Assembly (NCBI GenBank): GCA_017631315.1
Contig: JAGBTN010000018.1
Location: forward strand, 95,941 to 159,940
DNA from: Bacteroidaceae bacterium
Lineage (GTDB): Bacteria > Bacteroidota > Bacteroidia > Bacteroidales > Bacteroidaceae
Reading direction: 5' to 3'
Length of the DNA: 64,000 nt
In this document: positions 63,873 to 64,000 of the stretch, piece by piece
Position numbering within the stretch: position 1 is the first letter of the stretch
Layout of the letters: the number at the start of each line of letters is the position of its first letter
Program-made: the position numbers and the translations under genes
The notes under the pieces: generated by a model
Databases searched by the model: none
What the model was told of the DNA's origin: nothing
What the model saw: the letters and a program-made list of their open reading frames with translations, nothing else

Positions 63873-64000
63873 ATGAGCATTAATGTTAGCAAGTTCCTAA
63901 AATACCTGTATTGCATAGGCTTTGCTGTCATTGCATGGTTCTTCCTCTATGTGAGGAATGCAGATTTAGTGTATTTCTTGCAAGACAGAGGAAGTTGGAA
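63873..64000 (+). CDS. hypothetical membrane protein, 5' partial (runs off the window)
   Basis: The frame is open from the ATG at 63873 to the window end (MSINVSKFLKYLYCIGFAVIAWFFLYVRNADLVYFLQDRGSW). The N-terminus is hydrophobic. Confidence 0.3.
   Translation, partial: MSINVSKFLKYLYCIGFAVIAWFFLYVRNADLVYFLQDRGSW

Overview
The window looks like a chromosomal segment of a Bacteroidota genome, most likely Prevotellaceae. Evidence for that: TAnnTTTG -7 promoter boxes sit 25-65 nt upstream of most operon starts, there is a 2607-aa SprA (the T9SS translocon), several proteins carry T9SS-type C-terminal sorting domains, and Shine-Dalgarno sites are rare. Gene content is ordinary core and glycan metabolism. 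In order: a sugar uptake/activation operon, mscS, rpsF-rpsR-rplI, a purH-like gene, a giant T9SS adhesin, dnaB, pheT-yebC, ruvA-cysQ, sprA, tRNA-Pro, serC-serA-DUF1015-yigZ, dcp, rubrerythrin, sod, SulP, POT-NhaC-GH32, GH92, GH43/FG-GAP, alkaline phosphatase, an SGNH/LamG protein, padR-pspC and leuB. I found no prophage, IS element, CRISPR-cas, toxin-antitoxin pair or recognisable defence island. The unusual signal lies in the non-coding and insertional layer. (1) Two Avd/23S-IVS-type four-helix-bundle ORFs are inserted into the serC-serA-DUF1015 operon, each bracketed by inverted repeats. (2) A dispersed family of intergenic arrays with a strict 22-bp phase occurs at nine loci, with cores GGTTAACC, ACGTGTGAAGTT or CATCTACTG. 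(3) Arrays of the heptamer CATTGA(C/A) occur at four loci, including a perfect 10-copy array in the tRNA-Pro leader. (4) A GC-rich palindromic element of about 30 nt sits in-frame inside two unrelated genes. All functional readings of these four are inference and need comparative and transcriptomic checks. All alignments and counts were done by hand.
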